Shown one piece after another: positions 29,552 through 40,023 of a stretch of DNA of 64,000 nucleotides. The position numbers were made by a program, and so were the translations under genes. The stretch spans positions 3,478 through 67,477 of the forward strand of contig CAZZKG010000006.1 in assembly GCA_964654825.1 (NCBI GenBank), written 5' to 3'. Source of the DNA: an uncultured Gemmatimonadota bacterium. GTDB taxonomy: Bacteria > Gemmatimonadota > CAZMKB01. Numbering within the stretch: the stretch's first letter is position 1; every line of letters begins with the position of its first letter. A model generated the notes under the pieces. The model was not told the DNA's origin and made no database searches. It saw nothing but the letters and a program-made list of their open reading frames with translations.

Positions 29552-31504
29552 TCAGTCGAGATACCCGAGAGCTTTGAGCCGCTCCTTGATCTCATCATCC
29601 ACACGTGATGAAACGGCAACAGGGACCCTCCTCTCACCGGATTCATAGGTGTTGACGTAACGTACCGGGTGAGCCTGCATGAAACCGTCCTCGATCGCCT
29701 CGGTCAATGGCCTCCCGTCCATGTCCAGGGCGACAGGCATGCCGAACAGAGTTAGCACAGTCGGAGTAATATCGAAAAGCTCGGGATTGTCAAGTTGTAT
29801 ACCTCTTTTTATATTCTTCCCCGCCATGATGATGATACCTTCCTTCCGGTGTTTACCGGAGTATGTCGGATGGTACATATCACGGATGACACCGGGTTCA
29901 TCCTCATGCCAGACTCCGAAACCATGATCCGACAGAATAATGTAGGTGGCATCGAGGCCGTACACCTCGACATGTTTACCGACGACCTCGTCGAGGAAAG
30001 AATAGTATTTAAAGATAATATCACCGAACAGTTTCGCGTCTTCCTCTCTCACGCCCTCGAAAAGGGTCGGTTCCATATGCTTCCAGAAGAGGTGGCAGAC
30101 GAAATCCGGCCCGCTGAAGTATGTGGCGAACAACGGGGTGGGATGATCTTTCATCAGGTAGAGCCCGAGGGCGGCAATGAAATTGTCTCTCTTGAAGTGC
30201 CGTCTGAACTCATCGAAATTCTGGTTTATGTCGCTTGTATGTAAAATAGTCCTCAGACTGTCGATAGTGAGACCTTCCCACCTGTTCAGAAAAAGTTTCA
30301 CCGGCTTTTCATCCGTGAAATACTCATCTTTCGGATACTCCTCGAGCAGGTCCTCCGGGTAGAGCGCCTTTTCCATGTCAGCCCACCTGATCCTGCTCGA
30401 TACTACGTACCCGTTATCGACAGGCCGTACCGGCCACAGATTCCACCAGCCAAGAATCCCCACATCCACCCCGGCCCGACTCAGTATGTCCCAGTACCTC
30501 AGCGACTTTCCTACTGTACTCGTGGTGGGGATCGTCTCGAGTAAACCATCGAAAAAAGGTATTCGAAAAGGAAAATCCGATTTCATGAACGGTACCCGCA
30601 TGACGGAAAAGTCGAGTATCCCATGTTTTTTTTCTACCTTCCCGGTAGCAACGGATTCCCACAGCGCAGGGCTCCTCATTCCCATGCTTGCGCTGCTGGC
30701 GAAAGCCTGAGTCATGGAGACGTTGGACGCGAGGGGGCCATACGTACCATTATCCATCAGATACTTGATGTTCGGCAGTTCACCATCGGCAATCATCGAT
30801 TCCATGATGTCCAGTGTTGCACCATCCAGTCCTATAATCACCAGCCTGGTAGCTGTTTCCTCACGTGATGCCGTCGGGGCAATTGCCGCTCGTGAGCCAC
30901 GGTTTCTGAGACCGGACCCAACGTGTATGAGCACGGCAACAATAATCGACAGGAGTATAAAGAGGAAAAAGTTGCCTGTCGAACGCGCGAGACCTGCCCC
31001 CCGGAACAGCCGTTTTATACCGAGTGCAGTGTCCTTTAACATGAAACCCACTCCGACACCCACAACACAGAATGCGATGCAAACGGGGATGAACCATGGG
31101 CTGCTGAAGTCGAAGGGCCTGTCGATGAGCACCCACCCGGAGAGGAGGATGAGGAAAACTACCGGTACCGACAGGATGACGGTGAAAAGCGGTACCAGGC
31201 CGAACACCCTGCCTGCTTTCGAAATGAGTCTGTCGATACCCACGCCGGGCAGCCACAGGATAGTTGCCGCAAAAAGAAACATGATCACGGAAATGATCAG
31301 AAAATAGATCTGCAGGATCACAGTATCGTAAAGCAGGACAGGAATCCCGATGACGTACACCGTGAACAGGTACATGATGAGGGAGAACGGAATGCTGAAT
31401 CCCAGCCCGCAGTGAAGCGAACTCCGGAGGTACTTAAACAGCGATACCTTCTCTTCGTTCCGCGTCCTACCGGTCTTCCTGGATGAGCTTCCTGTAGACA
31501 TCAA
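29552..31504 (-). CDS. Polytopic membrane domain fused to alkaline-phosphatase-superfamily (PF01663-like phosphodiesterase/phosphotransferase) domain; C-terminal ...RLKALGYLD tail
   Basis: ~6 N-terminal TM helices, then LVIIGLDGATLDIMESMIADGELPN... (AP-superfamily core), DHGFG metal site. Last gene of the polysaccharide block. Confidence 0.55.
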   Translation of the reverse strand: MMSTGSSSRKTGRTRNEEKVSLFKYLRSSLHCGLGFSIPFSLIMYLFTVYVIGIPVLLYDTVILQIYFLIISVIMFLFAATILWLPGVGIDRLISKAGRVFGLVPLFTVILSVPVVFLILLSGWVLIDRPFDFSSPWFIPVCIAFCVVGVGVGFMLKDTALGIKRLFRGAGLARSTGNFFLFILLSIIVAVLIHVGSGLRNRGSRAAIAPTASREETATRLVIIGLDGATLDIMESMIADGELPNIKYLMDNGTYGPLASNVSMTQAFASSASMGMRSPALWESVATGKVEKKHGILDFSVMRVPFMKSDFPFRIPFFDGLLETIPTTSTVGKSLRYWDILSRAGVDVGILGWWNLWPVRPVDNGYVVSSRIRWADMEKALYPEDLLEEYPKDEYFTDEKPVKLFLNRWEGLTIDSLRTILHTSDINQNFDEFRRHFKRDNFIAALGLYLMKDHPTPLFATYFSGPDFVCHLFWKHMEPTLFEGVREEDAKLFGDIIFKYYSFLDEVVGKHVEVYGLDATYIILSDHGFGVWHEDEPGVIRDMYHPTYSGKHRKEGIIIMAGKNIKRGIQLDNPELFDITPTVLTLFGMPVALDMDGRPLTEAIEDGFMQAHPVRYVNTYESGERRVPVAVSSRVDDEIKERLKALGYLD

Positions 31505-32642
31505 TCACCTCCATCGCACTATTTCGCCAGGTGAATTTTTTCGCTCTTTCGAGTCCTCTCGCCGTCAAGTTACTTTTGAGATCTTCACTCGTCAGAAGCG
31601 TCTCCATCGAATGTTTCATCCCCTCTACATCCGACGGATCAAAATAGAGTGCGGCATCACCCAGCACCTCGGGGAGACTCCCGCCGGTCGAGCTTGCAAC
31701 CACCGTCCCGCAGGCCATGGCTTCCATGGGAGGGAGACCGAACCCCTCGTACCAGGATGGAAAGACGAAAAGCTCCGCACCACTGTAAAGAGCGGGCATA
31801 TCCTCTTCCTTCGTATACCCAGTAAACCTCACCCGGTTGCGAAGGTCGAGTTCGTCGATGGTTCTGGTGACTTCCTCAGAACCCCAACCCAGGTGACCCG
31901 AGATGACGAGACAGACCTCCTCCCTGAGGCCTGCGAAAGCTCTGAGAAGAGTGACCAGATTCTTCCGGGGTTCAACCGTGCCGACAAAGAGGATGTAAGG
32001 TTTCCCGTCACTCACCGTCTGCCGGATCGCAGCGGCACCCACCGGCCGGTAGTGAGATGAAATACCATTATAGACAACACTGATATCATCTTCCCGCACT
32101 CCGAGATATTCGATCATGTCTTCCTTCGTCTTCAGGGAAACAGATATGAAATGATCCACTCTGTGAATTTTTTTGAGTAATTCCTGCATTTCCCACCTGA
32201 TCCTCTTCGTGCTCATCTTTTCAAAGATAAGCGGGACCAGGTCGTGAAAGGTCATTACGGATACGATTCCGCGCAATCGGTACGGCCTTTCGAGGTGTGT
32301 GGGATAATGCAGTATGTCGATGTCACTCCGCCTGATCGTTCTTCCTTTGAGATAATCTTTCAGCATGAGTCTCATGGCGGAAGGGGGATAAAACCTTCCA
32401 TCCCCACCGCCGCGGGTTCCTTCATGTGTTTTCCCTCTGACGAGCGGAAGATCACGGGGTGAAGGAAACCGCACCAGATGGAATCTCCCGAACTCTCCGG
32501 TCTCTTTGTACTTGTCCTGGAAGAGAAGGACTTCGATTCCTTCCAGGTCGGCAAGTTCCCGGATGGTGTGGTAACACACCTTGTCGATACCGGGGAGACC
32601 CGGTCCGATGATGAATTTATCCAGGGTGAATCCTATCTTCAT
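31467..32642 (-). CDS. Glycosyltransferase family 4
   Basis: C-terminal GT4 signature FVFPSWYEGFGLPPMEAMACGTVV. Confidence 0.8.
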   Translation of the reverse strand: MKIGFTLDKFIIGPGLPGIDKVCYHTIRELADLEGIEVLLFQDKYKETGEFGRFHLVRFPSPRDLPLVRGKTHEGTRGGGDGRFYPPSAMRLMLKDYLKGRTIRRSDIDILHYPTHLERPYRLRGIVSVMTFHDLVPLIFEKMSTKRIRWEMQELLKKIHRVDHFISVSLKTKEDMIEYLGVREDDISVVYNGISSHYRPVGAAAIRQTVSDGKPYILFVGTVEPRKNLVTLLRAFAGLREEVCLVISGHLGWGSEEVTRTIDELDLRNRVRFTGYTKEEDMPALYSGAELFVFPSWYEGFGLPPMEAMACGTVVASSTGGSLPEVLGDAALYFDPSDVEGMKHSMETLLTSEDLKSNLTARGLERAKKFTWRNSAMEVIDVYRKLIQEDR

Positions 32643-32648
32643 GATATC

Positions 32649-33851
32649 TCAGTATTCCCCGGACCCTCTTATGTGGATACCTTTTCCCCGAGCGTAGTCT
32701 TCGATGACCTTAACGGTTTTCTCTACACGGGCATCCCAGGTGTTCTGTCGGGCGACATCCACCCGTGCCTTGACCCTCTCAACTCCTTCACCGAGAGCTT
32801 GTTCCAGCGCTTCGATAAAATTCTCTTTTCCATTGACCATGTAGATTACATCCTCGAGATCTTCGAGAGCCGGGATATGAACGGTTACAACGGTCTTTCC
32901 GCCCGCGAGATATTCGAATGTCTTGGTGGGGAAGGCATGTTTACTCCACTCCCCCTGCAGATACGGCATGTAACAGACATCCAATCCCTTGATGTATGAC
33001 GGGAGTGCATCGAGCGGTTTCTTGCCGAGAAAATGGATATTGTCCATTTCTTTCATGACTGTGGGGATCGGATCGTAGTTGGGTCCGATCAATACCTGTT
33101 GCCAATCGGGATGTCTCCTCGAAATCTCAGTGAGCAGATCCCAGTCCATCCTGAGATTGTCGATATTCCCGGTGAATCCGATGCGGGGTCGCCGGATTGC
33201 TTCGAGCTCGGCAGGAACCGGGAGCTCCGGGCTGAGGGCCTGCTCGAAGAGTTCGGTATCGACACCTGGTGCAAAACGATAGGTACGGGGATGCAGTTTG
33301 CTCCGTACGTCGTACAACGATCTCGTTGTTGTAAATACGAGGTCCGCATTCTCGATGAATTCCCTCTCGAGACGCATGAGACCCTTTTTCCGCCGTTCGG
33401 GATTGACAAATGCCGCCACTTCGTCGTGGCAGCCGTAGATGACAAGCTTGCTCCCCAGGTCGGGAGAGGGACACACCAGAAATGGCGCATAGACCCAGAG
33501 AATCGGATCTTCGAAACCGATTTCCCTGAATACTTTCTTCAATGCCACCTCGACGCGGTGTCTGTTCAGCCTGTCGTTCGATTCGAGGATTCCGTACTGG
33601 AGGAGTAACGGCGGCGGGGTGTAGAGATACATTCCCGTGTCCATTTTCTGTACACCCGATCTCCAGTTCTTCCACTGTTTCTTGAGGTTGGGATGTAATG
33701 ACGGATGGATCAGGAACGTCGCAAGGGCGATGGGTGGGTCCACGAAAAGGACCCTGTTGTCCCGGCTCAATTTGTTCATCATGTGATGCATGAGGAGAGG
33801 GACAAAATCATACGTCACCCAGGAAAGACAGACGATGTTCTCGCCTTTCAT
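32649..33851 (-). CDS. Glycosyltransferase family 4-like
   Basis: GT-B C-terminal half PTKTFEYLAGGKTVV and HFLGKKPLDALPSYIKGLDVCYMPY. Confidence 0.65.
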   Translation of the reverse strand: MKGENIVCLSWVTYDFVPLLMHHMMNKLSRDNRVLFVDPPIALATFLIHPSLHPNLKKQWKNWRSGVQKMDTGMYLYTPPPLLLQYGILESNDRLNRHRVEVALKKVFREIGFEDPILWVYAPFLVCPSPDLGSKLVIYGCHDEVAAFVNPERRKKGLMRLEREFIENADLVFTTTRSLYDVRSKLHPRTYRFAPGVDTELFEQALSPELPVPAELEAIRRPRIGFTGNIDNLRMDWDLLTEISRRHPDWQQVLIGPNYDPIPTVMKEMDNIHFLGKKPLDALPSYIKGLDVCYMPYLQGEWSKHAFPTKTFEYLAGGKTVVTVHIPALEDLEDVIYMVNGKENFIEALEQALGEGVERVKARVDVARQNTWDARVEKTVKVIEDYARGKGIHIRGSGEY

Positions 33852-35062
33852 CTCCGGCTCCTTTCGTACAGCGAATCGACGTTCCGGATCAGGTCGTCCA
33901 TAAGTAAACCCCAGTCGAATTTTGAAGCTCCCCTGATCCCGTTCCCGGCCATTTTCTCGACTTCATCACGGTGGGAGAAGAGATCCACTACAGTATCTAC
34001 GTAGGTTTCCGTTTCAAAGGGTATGGCAACGCCACTGTCGAACTTTTTCAGGACGATCTCGGTCTCGGTCCCCCTGGTGCCGATGACAGCCAGTCCCCCG
34101 GCCATGTATTCGATCACCTTGAGCGGAAAGGCATAGATTCTCAATTGATTGGGAGGAAACAGAGCATAGCCGATATCCGCCCTCCTGATGTAATACGGCA
34201 GCTCGATGTAAGGAACGGCCTCCATCTTCGTGACCCACTCATCGATGCCGAGCGATTTGATCTGTCCGCTCAGGCTTCCGTCCGGATCGGGGCCGATCAG
34301 GATCATGTGCGCGTCCGGAATCTTCTCCCTGATCCTTCTGAATCCTTCGAGAGCAATCGAGATCCCGGAGTACCTCTCATCGAAGTTTCCGAAATAGATA
34401 ATCGTGGGAGGGTGCACTTCCTTCACCCCCCCGGCGCTGAACGCGTGATAATTGACTCCGTTGTGAATCACCACAGGTCGTATCCCGAGGTCCCTCTCCC
34501 GTTTCGCCGCGAGCAGATTCCCCGTACAGATGACGAGGTCAGCCTGCTGAATGAAGAAGTTCTCTACGGCCATGGTCACGGAAACTCTCAGGGGTCTCAC
34601 CTGAAATGCGGGAACGTAATCGATATCTCCGTAAACGATGCCGCCCACCCGCCCGAAGGCTTTGAGCACGACCGCGACGAGCATCTCCCAGGGCCCTTCC
34701 GCATAACAGAGAGAAAATGGCCTGCGGATGTTCGTGAGAAAGAGGAGGAGCATGGAGATCGCAACAAGTATTTCCGAAACGGGTCCCAGAAGACGAAACG
34801 GCCTCGCGAAGGACTGGTTGAGAATAGGATTCAGGTCATACACCTTCACAGCACCGTGACGATAGACATTGACACCAGGTATAAGTTTCCTCAGTCTTTC
34901 GGACGATCTCACCGAGACATTTCTGTGTTTGGAGATTACCACCACGCCGCCGTACCTTTCAGCAAGTGCCCTCGCGATGTGCTGACACCGCTGGTTCTTC
35001 TCGACGGTGTAATCGAGAGTGGTGATGACCAGGACATCCTCGCATCTGTTCGAACCTTTCAT
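33848..35062 (-). CDS. Glycosyltransferase family 4-like
   Basis: FPLKVIEYMAGGLAVIGT EX7E-type region. 4-nt overlaps with both neighbours. Confidence 0.65.
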   Translation of the reverse strand: MKGSNRCEDVLVITTLDYTVEKNQRCQHIARALAERYGGVVVISKHRNVSVRSSERLRKLIPGVNVYRHGAVKVYDLNPILNQSFARPFRLLGPVSEILVAISMLLLFLTNIRRPFSLCYAEGPWEMLVAVVLKAFGRVGGIVYGDIDYVPAFQVRPLRVSVTMAVENFFIQQADLVICTGNLLAAKRERDLGIRPVVIHNGVNYHAFSAGGVKEVHPPTIIYFGNFDERYSGISIALEGFRRIREKIPDAHMILIGPDPDGSLSGQIKSLGIDEWVTKMEAVPYIELPYYIRRADIGYALFPPNQLRIYAFPLKVIEYMAGGLAVIGTRGTETEIVLKKFDSGVAIPFETETYVDTVVDLFSHRDEVEKMAGNGIRGASKFDWGLLMDDLIRNVDSLYERSRR

Positions 35063-36324
35063 CTGGAAAATGTCCTTTCGATGTGCACGAGCATCTTCTC
35101 GACCATACCTTCCCAGGAATTATCTTCGGCCTCTCTGATCCTTTTCTCGACTTTCTCCTCGGTGTCTTCCGAGAGAGCGCGCTCAGCGGCTTCTATGAAC
35201 TCATCCGGAGTACCCGCTATCTCTACTATCCCTGAAAAGAGATCGATCACATCTGGGATCGGGGCCGAAATGACGGGTTTGCCGGAAGCGAAATATTCTA
35301 GAAGCTTCGTCGGGTTGATGTTGCGCGTGTTGTCATTCAATACAAAAGGGATCAGACAAATGTCGAACGCTTTCAGGTACCCGGGTAGTTCATGGTACTC
35401 TCTTCTCCCGATCATGTGGATGTTCGGTGCTTTCTTCTCGATGTGCGATGGCCCGATCAGGAGTATGTTCCAATCGGGTTTTCTCGCCGCGACGGTTTCG
35501 AGCATGTCGATGTCCGTCCTGGTGTCGACGAGACCAAAATAGCCGAGGACCGGTTTCCCGAGCCCGGCAGCGTCGGACGGTATGACGGTGGTTTCTTCCC
35601 TGGATCTCCCGAAGTGACTGCTCTCGACACCACACTGGATGAAGTGCATGTTTGGATTGTGCCTTTTTTTCCTCTTCCAGAGCTGGAGTGTGCCGGTGAA
35701 CACGAGGTCGCATTTTCGGATGAGGTTGATTTCCCTCTCCTCGGTGTCGGCCGGGAACCAGGAGAACGAGCTGTACTCATCCTGAATATCGTAGAGGACA
35801 AGATCTTCATCCAGATGCCCCACAAGCGATTCATAGGTTGGATAGTAAAACCAGAGAACCCGTCTGTTCCCCACCATCCCGTTCAGGGAAGTAAACCACT
35901 TCAGGTAATTTCTCAAAATCAGTCTGTTGAGAATCCTCACCAGAGACAATTTACTATCCCCCCATAGCATGAGGGGTCTGAAGGTGAGCAGATTGTCGTT
36001 GTGTTTATGAGCAGTGAGTGAGCCGGTTGTAGTACCTTCTTTCGCAGCACTGAGAGTCGGAATGGGACAGCAGTAGAGGACTTTGCTCTTCTCCGAAATG
36101 CGGGACTGGGTGTGGTGGTTTCTCTGCCAGAGATAATCCCAGGGTACCTGGGAGATGACGACAAACTCGAGGTCCGTGCTGCGCCTGGAAGTCACAGCCT
36201 TATGTCCCGAGGCACAAACAATCCTTCGAAACAGGGTGATCACAGAATCGATCAGCACCCACGCCGACAGGGACAGGGTTCTCAGCATGACTTCGGTTGA
36301 CGATAATTCTTTCTGCATCACCAA
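35059..36324 (-). CDS. Glycosyltransferase family 4-like
   Basis: NPTKLLEYFASGKPVIS, LGYFGLVDTRTDIDML GT-B features. Confidence 0.65.
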   Translation of the reverse strand: MVMQKELSSTEVMLRTLSLSAWVLIDSVITLFRRIVCASGHKAVTSRRSTDLEFVVISQVPWDYLWQRNHHTQSRISEKSKVLYCCPIPTLSAAKEGTTTGSLTAHKHNDNLLTFRPLMLWGDSKLSLVRILNRLILRNYLKWFTSLNGMVGNRRVLWFYYPTYESLVGHLDEDLVLYDIQDEYSSFSWFPADTEEREINLIRKCDLVFTGTLQLWKRKKRHNPNMHFIQCGVESSHFGRSREETTVIPSDAAGLGKPVLGYFGLVDTRTDIDMLETVAARKPDWNILLIGPSHIEKKAPNIHMIGRREYHELPGYLKAFDICLIPFVLNDNTRNINPTKLLEYFASGKPVISAPIPDVIDLFSGIVEIAGTPDEFIEAAERALSEDTEEKVEKRIREAEDNSWEGMVEKMLVHIERTFSR

Positions 36325-36346
36325 TTCTACTCAGGGGTGGATTATA

Positions 36347-37693
36347 TCAGATTCCGGTAACATATGTGCTTTCCTCCCCACCATCGGTGAGCCTGTTCAC
36401 CAGCTCCACTCCCTGCATCAAGGAGTGATCCATATTCCCCACCTCGTATTTCCAGCCACCGAATCTTCCCCTGGAGAAAATACTCTTTCCTTCGAAGAAA
36501 GAATGAATCGTACGCATCGCATCATCGCGTCCGAGTGAAGGAACCGGCAGGAGGGAGGGAACATCGATAAGATATGTGGAAACGATGTCTTTTCTGTCTC
36601 CATCCCGGATAATGCCGGAGTTGACAAGACCGGTCACGGTCTCTTCGGTGATTGTGTCACGATTCACCTGCTTAAACGGTGAGTGGGAAATTTCACAGAG
36701 AAGCGAATAATAATCCCCTTTCGGTGTCATGTTCGGGGAGTAATTCGAGAGGTAGGTAACCCGGTAGAATGGAGAGTTGCCTTCGGGGAAATACATCCAG
36801 TTCTTGTCGCTCGGACATGGCTGAGCCAACCCCAGACCGATGATGAAGCCGCCCGCCTTCCTGAGATTGTTTGCCGCTTCTTTTACTTCATCAGGAACAT
36901 CATCCGTGATGCCGACGAGCTCATCAGCGGGAATCGTTGTAATCAACGAACCGAACTCCGTCTCGCTCCCATTCTCGAAAGTGACCTTCCTGTCACGGAG
37001 AGAAATCTTCACGGCTCTGTGTGACAGTTTGATGCGCTCCCCGAGAACAGGTGCAAAAGCACCGAACAGGCCCCCTGTCCCGCCGTGGAGCGGAAACAGA
37101 AACAGATTGTTTGGACCCCATGAGCTGTCATCCTGACCGTAGACGATGTTTTTCATCACATGTTTGATGTCGACGACGCTCACTCTTTCCCCTATCCAGT
37201 TATAATCCATCATGGTTAAAGGATGCGACCACACTTTCTGGTTATACGGTATGAGGAAATACTTTGCGATCCCGTCGCCGAAGACCATCCTGATCCAATC
37301 TTCGAAGTTGTTGGGTTTCCCGCCTTTCTCTCTCGCCTCGATCAGGCCAAGGATGCAATCGAGGACTACCTCTCTCGGCAGGAAGTGAAAATTGTTCTGA
37401 AAAGGATATCTCACGAACTTCCCCATCAGGCGTACCCAGCTTTCCCGCTCGTGGGAAACGACATCTTCAGCCAGGAGTTTCTTGATGATTTCATCGTAGT
37501 ATGGATAGTGAGAAAACATGATGTGGCCGCCGATATCCCAGGTGAAACCCTTGTCGTCCACGAAACTCGCCGACAGACCACCCACATAGGAGTTCATCTC
37601 GTACATATCCCAGTCTTCGTGGCCGATTTCGTTAAGCCGATAACCGGCACCCAGCCCTGTCGGTCCGGCTCCAAGAACAACAATTCTCTTCAT
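36347..37693 (-). CDS. FAD-dependent oxidoreductase of the amine-oxidase superfamily, UDP-galactopyranose-mutase-like
   Basis: Rossmann motif MKRIVVLGAGPTGLGAGYRL, C-terminal GRFGGWKYEVGNMDHSLMQG. Position within the glycan locus suggests a sugar-nucleotide mutase role (inference). Confidence 0.5.
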   Translation of the reverse strand: MKRIVVLGAGPTGLGAGYRLNEIGHEDWDMYEMNSYVGGLSASFVDDKGFTWDIGGHIMFSHYPYYDEIIKKLLAEDVVSHERESWVRLMGKFVRYPFQNNFHFLPREVVLDCILGLIEAREKGGKPNNFEDWIRMVFGDGIAKYFLIPYNQKVWSHPLTMMDYNWIGERVSVVDIKHVMKNIVYGQDDSSWGPNNLFLFPLHGGTGGLFGAFAPVLGERIKLSHRAVKISLRDRKVTFENGSETEFGSLITTIPADELVGITDDVPDEVKEAANNLRKAGGFIIGLGLAQPCPSDKNWMYFPEGNSPFYRVTYLSNYSPNMTPKGDYYSLLCEISHSPFKQVNRDTITEETVTGLVNSGIIRDGDRKDIVSTYLIDVPSLLPVPSLGRDDAMRTIHSFFEGKSIFSRGRFGGWKYEVGNMDHSLMQGVELVNRLTDGGEESTYVTGI

Positions 37694-37791
37694 CTGATTT
37701 CCTTCCACCTGCCTTTTTGTGTATGTTCGACTGATCTCACACTGGTATCGGTATGTCTATCATCCATTCCCATCCTGCAGCAGATCCGGGA

Positions 37792-39975
37792 TCAGTCGAC
37801 ATAACCAAGTGCCTTCAGGAGTTCTCTCGTTTCTTTGTCCATCTCCGGAATTTCTTCGGTTTCCCGGAGCAGTGCCGGGAGGGAGCCTTTCCACTGCAGA
37901 AGACTGTCCCTCATCCCGGTGATCTGCAAATCTCCCGATTCCTTCAGGTCGACTTCTTCCCCCGGATCGGTGGAGATCCGGTACAGCTCATCCCGGCCAT
38001 CGGATGACCAGATGTATTTCAACGTGTCATTTCGAACCGACTTTAGTCTCCGGTCGAAAAAACTCAAGAATTCCGAATCGACGCCTTTCGCTTCAGCCCA
38101 GCTCTGGACTCTCTTGAATTGATCCCTGGGACTCATGTATTCTGAGTATGCGGTCACCCGCGTATCCTCTCCCCTGATGCTGGACAGCAGGTTCTTGCCG
38201 GCAACGGTGTAACCTACATTGTCATTCGACAGACTTGCGACATCGAGAATCGTGGTGAATACATCGACGGACTGTGCGATTGCTTTTATCCTCACACCGC
38301 TCGGGACGAGGGAAGGATACCGTATGATGAGCGGGATCCTGAGAGTCGTATCGTACAAGCTCAACTGGTGATCCAGAAGATTGTGTTCTCCGATGTTTTC
38401 CCCGTGATCCGCGGTCAGTATCAGGAAAGTGTTTTCCAGGTATCCCTGATCGCCCAGGTATTTCACCAACTCCCCGATCCTCATGTCGAGATACGCGATT
38501 TCCGCCTCATAGAGCCCCCGGAGAGCACTGATTTCTTCGGCCGAGAGAGCCAGACCCTCTTTCGATTCATCCGCAAGCATCCGGTAGAGGGTACGAACAT
38601 TCATCTTCCGCATTTTCATTACGGTTTCACTGTCCTCGATGAATTTTCTTCTCCAATCTTCGGGTGGATTATACAAGAGATGCGGTTCGAAGTAGTTTAC
38701 GAACATGAAAAACGGTTTCGAGCTATCATGTCTGCGTTCCAGCCAGCCCTGAATAACTTCGTTTGTGGATCTTGCCCCGGCATCCGCTCTGTCACAGAGG
38801 GAAAGGAGGTGGCCCTTGATCTGACTGCAGGTGGTCGGGAACCTGGACGACCCCTTCCACATGCCGTAGAAATCATTGAATCCCTGGACGAGGTTTGTTG
38901 CCGGACCAACCAGTGCGTTATTCGAGATCGCCACCGTCTGATATCCGTCATCACGGAGAAGTTCTGCAACCGTAGTGATGGGATCATCCAGGTACAGATG
39001 CTCCCAGCTGGCACCGTGGCTGCTCGTATAAAGCCCAGTGAACATCGAGCAGTGAGTGGGAACGGTCCATGGCGCGGTAGCAACCATATTCTGGAAGAGT
39101 GCACCCTCCTCCGCGAGACCATCGATGTTCGGTGAAGTCTCTATCGTGTGCCCATAACAGGAGAGAAAGTCACTCCTGCAGGTATCCATCACGATGAGGA
39201 GGATATTGGGCTTCCCGTTCGAGACAGCCGAAGAAGGGTGGACATCGCCCCCCATATACACAAGCGCCGTTACTACGAGGAGCAGGACAATCCCGCCGAC
39301 CCCCTCGATCTTCCCGACGGCCGCCTGGAATGGACGTGAACTGAAGATCTTGAAACACAGATAGTAGGCCGGGAAGAACAGGATCACAAGTCCTGCATTA
39401 TAGATACCTGCAGGCGGCTCGAAGAAAATCGTAGTGTCGTAAAGGTAATGGTTGATGAGTCTTAAAAAAAGAAAGCCCAGTTGGATCACTACGATCGATG
39501 AGAGGAAAAAAGGGAACGGTTTACCGATCTTCCGACTGAGACACTGTAACATAAGAAAAACGAGGAGTGCGGCGACGATGGACAATACGAACAGAAGCGC
39601 TCCGCCCCCGATCCGCCCCATCAGATAAGGAGTCCTCCGGATCAGGACGGCCGTGTCGAAGAAGACGAGAAGAGAAGTGAAGAGCGTAAGAGCCGTATGA
39701 ATTCTGCTGTCCCGGCGAGCAAGGCCGCCGGTAACAACAGGGTAGAGAAGCGTACCTGCTAAGAGAGCGAAGAGCACATAGGCAACGAAAGCCCGTGACA
39801 CGCCTGAGACAGGAATTACGTCAAATGTGAGGAGACTGAAGAGCCCTTCGATGATGGCGAGGACAACAGCACCGATCAGCCAGTAAAAAATGTGGCATCG
39901 CAGGTCATAGTGCTTGTTGATCTTCAATTCCTCAGTCATAGAGCGTATCCTCCCTGGTATGACTCGTTTCTGCAC
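37792..39975 (-). CDS. LtaS/EptA/OpgB-like membrane phosphotransferase (polytopic N-domain + sulfatase-fold domain, Thr nucleophile); C-terminal ...LLKALGYVD tail
   Basis: ILLIVMDTCRSDF metal site. APWTVPTHCSMFTGLY occupies the position of the sulfatase C-x-P-x-R motif with Thr/His instead of Cys/Arg. ~9 TM helices at the N-terminus. Confidence 0.6.
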   Translation of the reverse strand: MQKRVIPGRIRSMTEELKINKHYDLRCHIFYWLIGAVVLAIIEGLFSLLTFDVIPVSGVSRAFVAYVLFALLAGTLLYPVVTGGLARRDSRIHTALTLFTSLLVFFDTAVLIRRTPYLMGRIGGGALLFVLSIVAALLVFLMLQCLSRKIGKPFPFFLSSIVVIQLGFLFLRLINHYLYDTTIFFEPPAGIYNAGLVILFFPAYYLCFKIFSSRPFQAAVGKIEGVGGIVLLLVVTALVYMGGDVHPSSAVSNGKPNILLIVMDTCRSDFLSCYGHTIETSPNIDGLAEEGALFQNMVATAPWTVPTHCSMFTGLYTSSHGASWEHLYLDDPITTVAELLRDDGYQTVAISNNALVGPATNLVQGFNDFYGMWKGSSRFPTTCSQIKGHLLSLCDRADAGARSTNEVIQGWLERRHDSSKPFFMFVNYFEPHLLYNPPEDWRRKFIEDSETVMKMRKMNVRTLYRMLADESKEGLALSAEEISALRGLYEAEIAYLDMRIGELVKYLGDQGYLENTFLILTADHGENIGEHNLLDHQLSLYDTTLRIPLIIRYPSLVPSGVRIKAIAQSVDVFTTILDVASLSNDNVGYTVAGKNLLSSIRGEDTRVTAYSEYMSPRDQFKRVQSWAEAKGVDSEFLSFFDRRLKSVRNDTLKYIWSSDGRDELYRISTDPGEEVDLKESGDLQITGMRDSLLQWKGSLPALLRETEEIPEMDKETRELLKALGYVD

Positions 39976-40023
39976 CCGTGAGCACAGGAGAGACTAGAGG
40001 GCACCATTGCCCCGATTACCCCA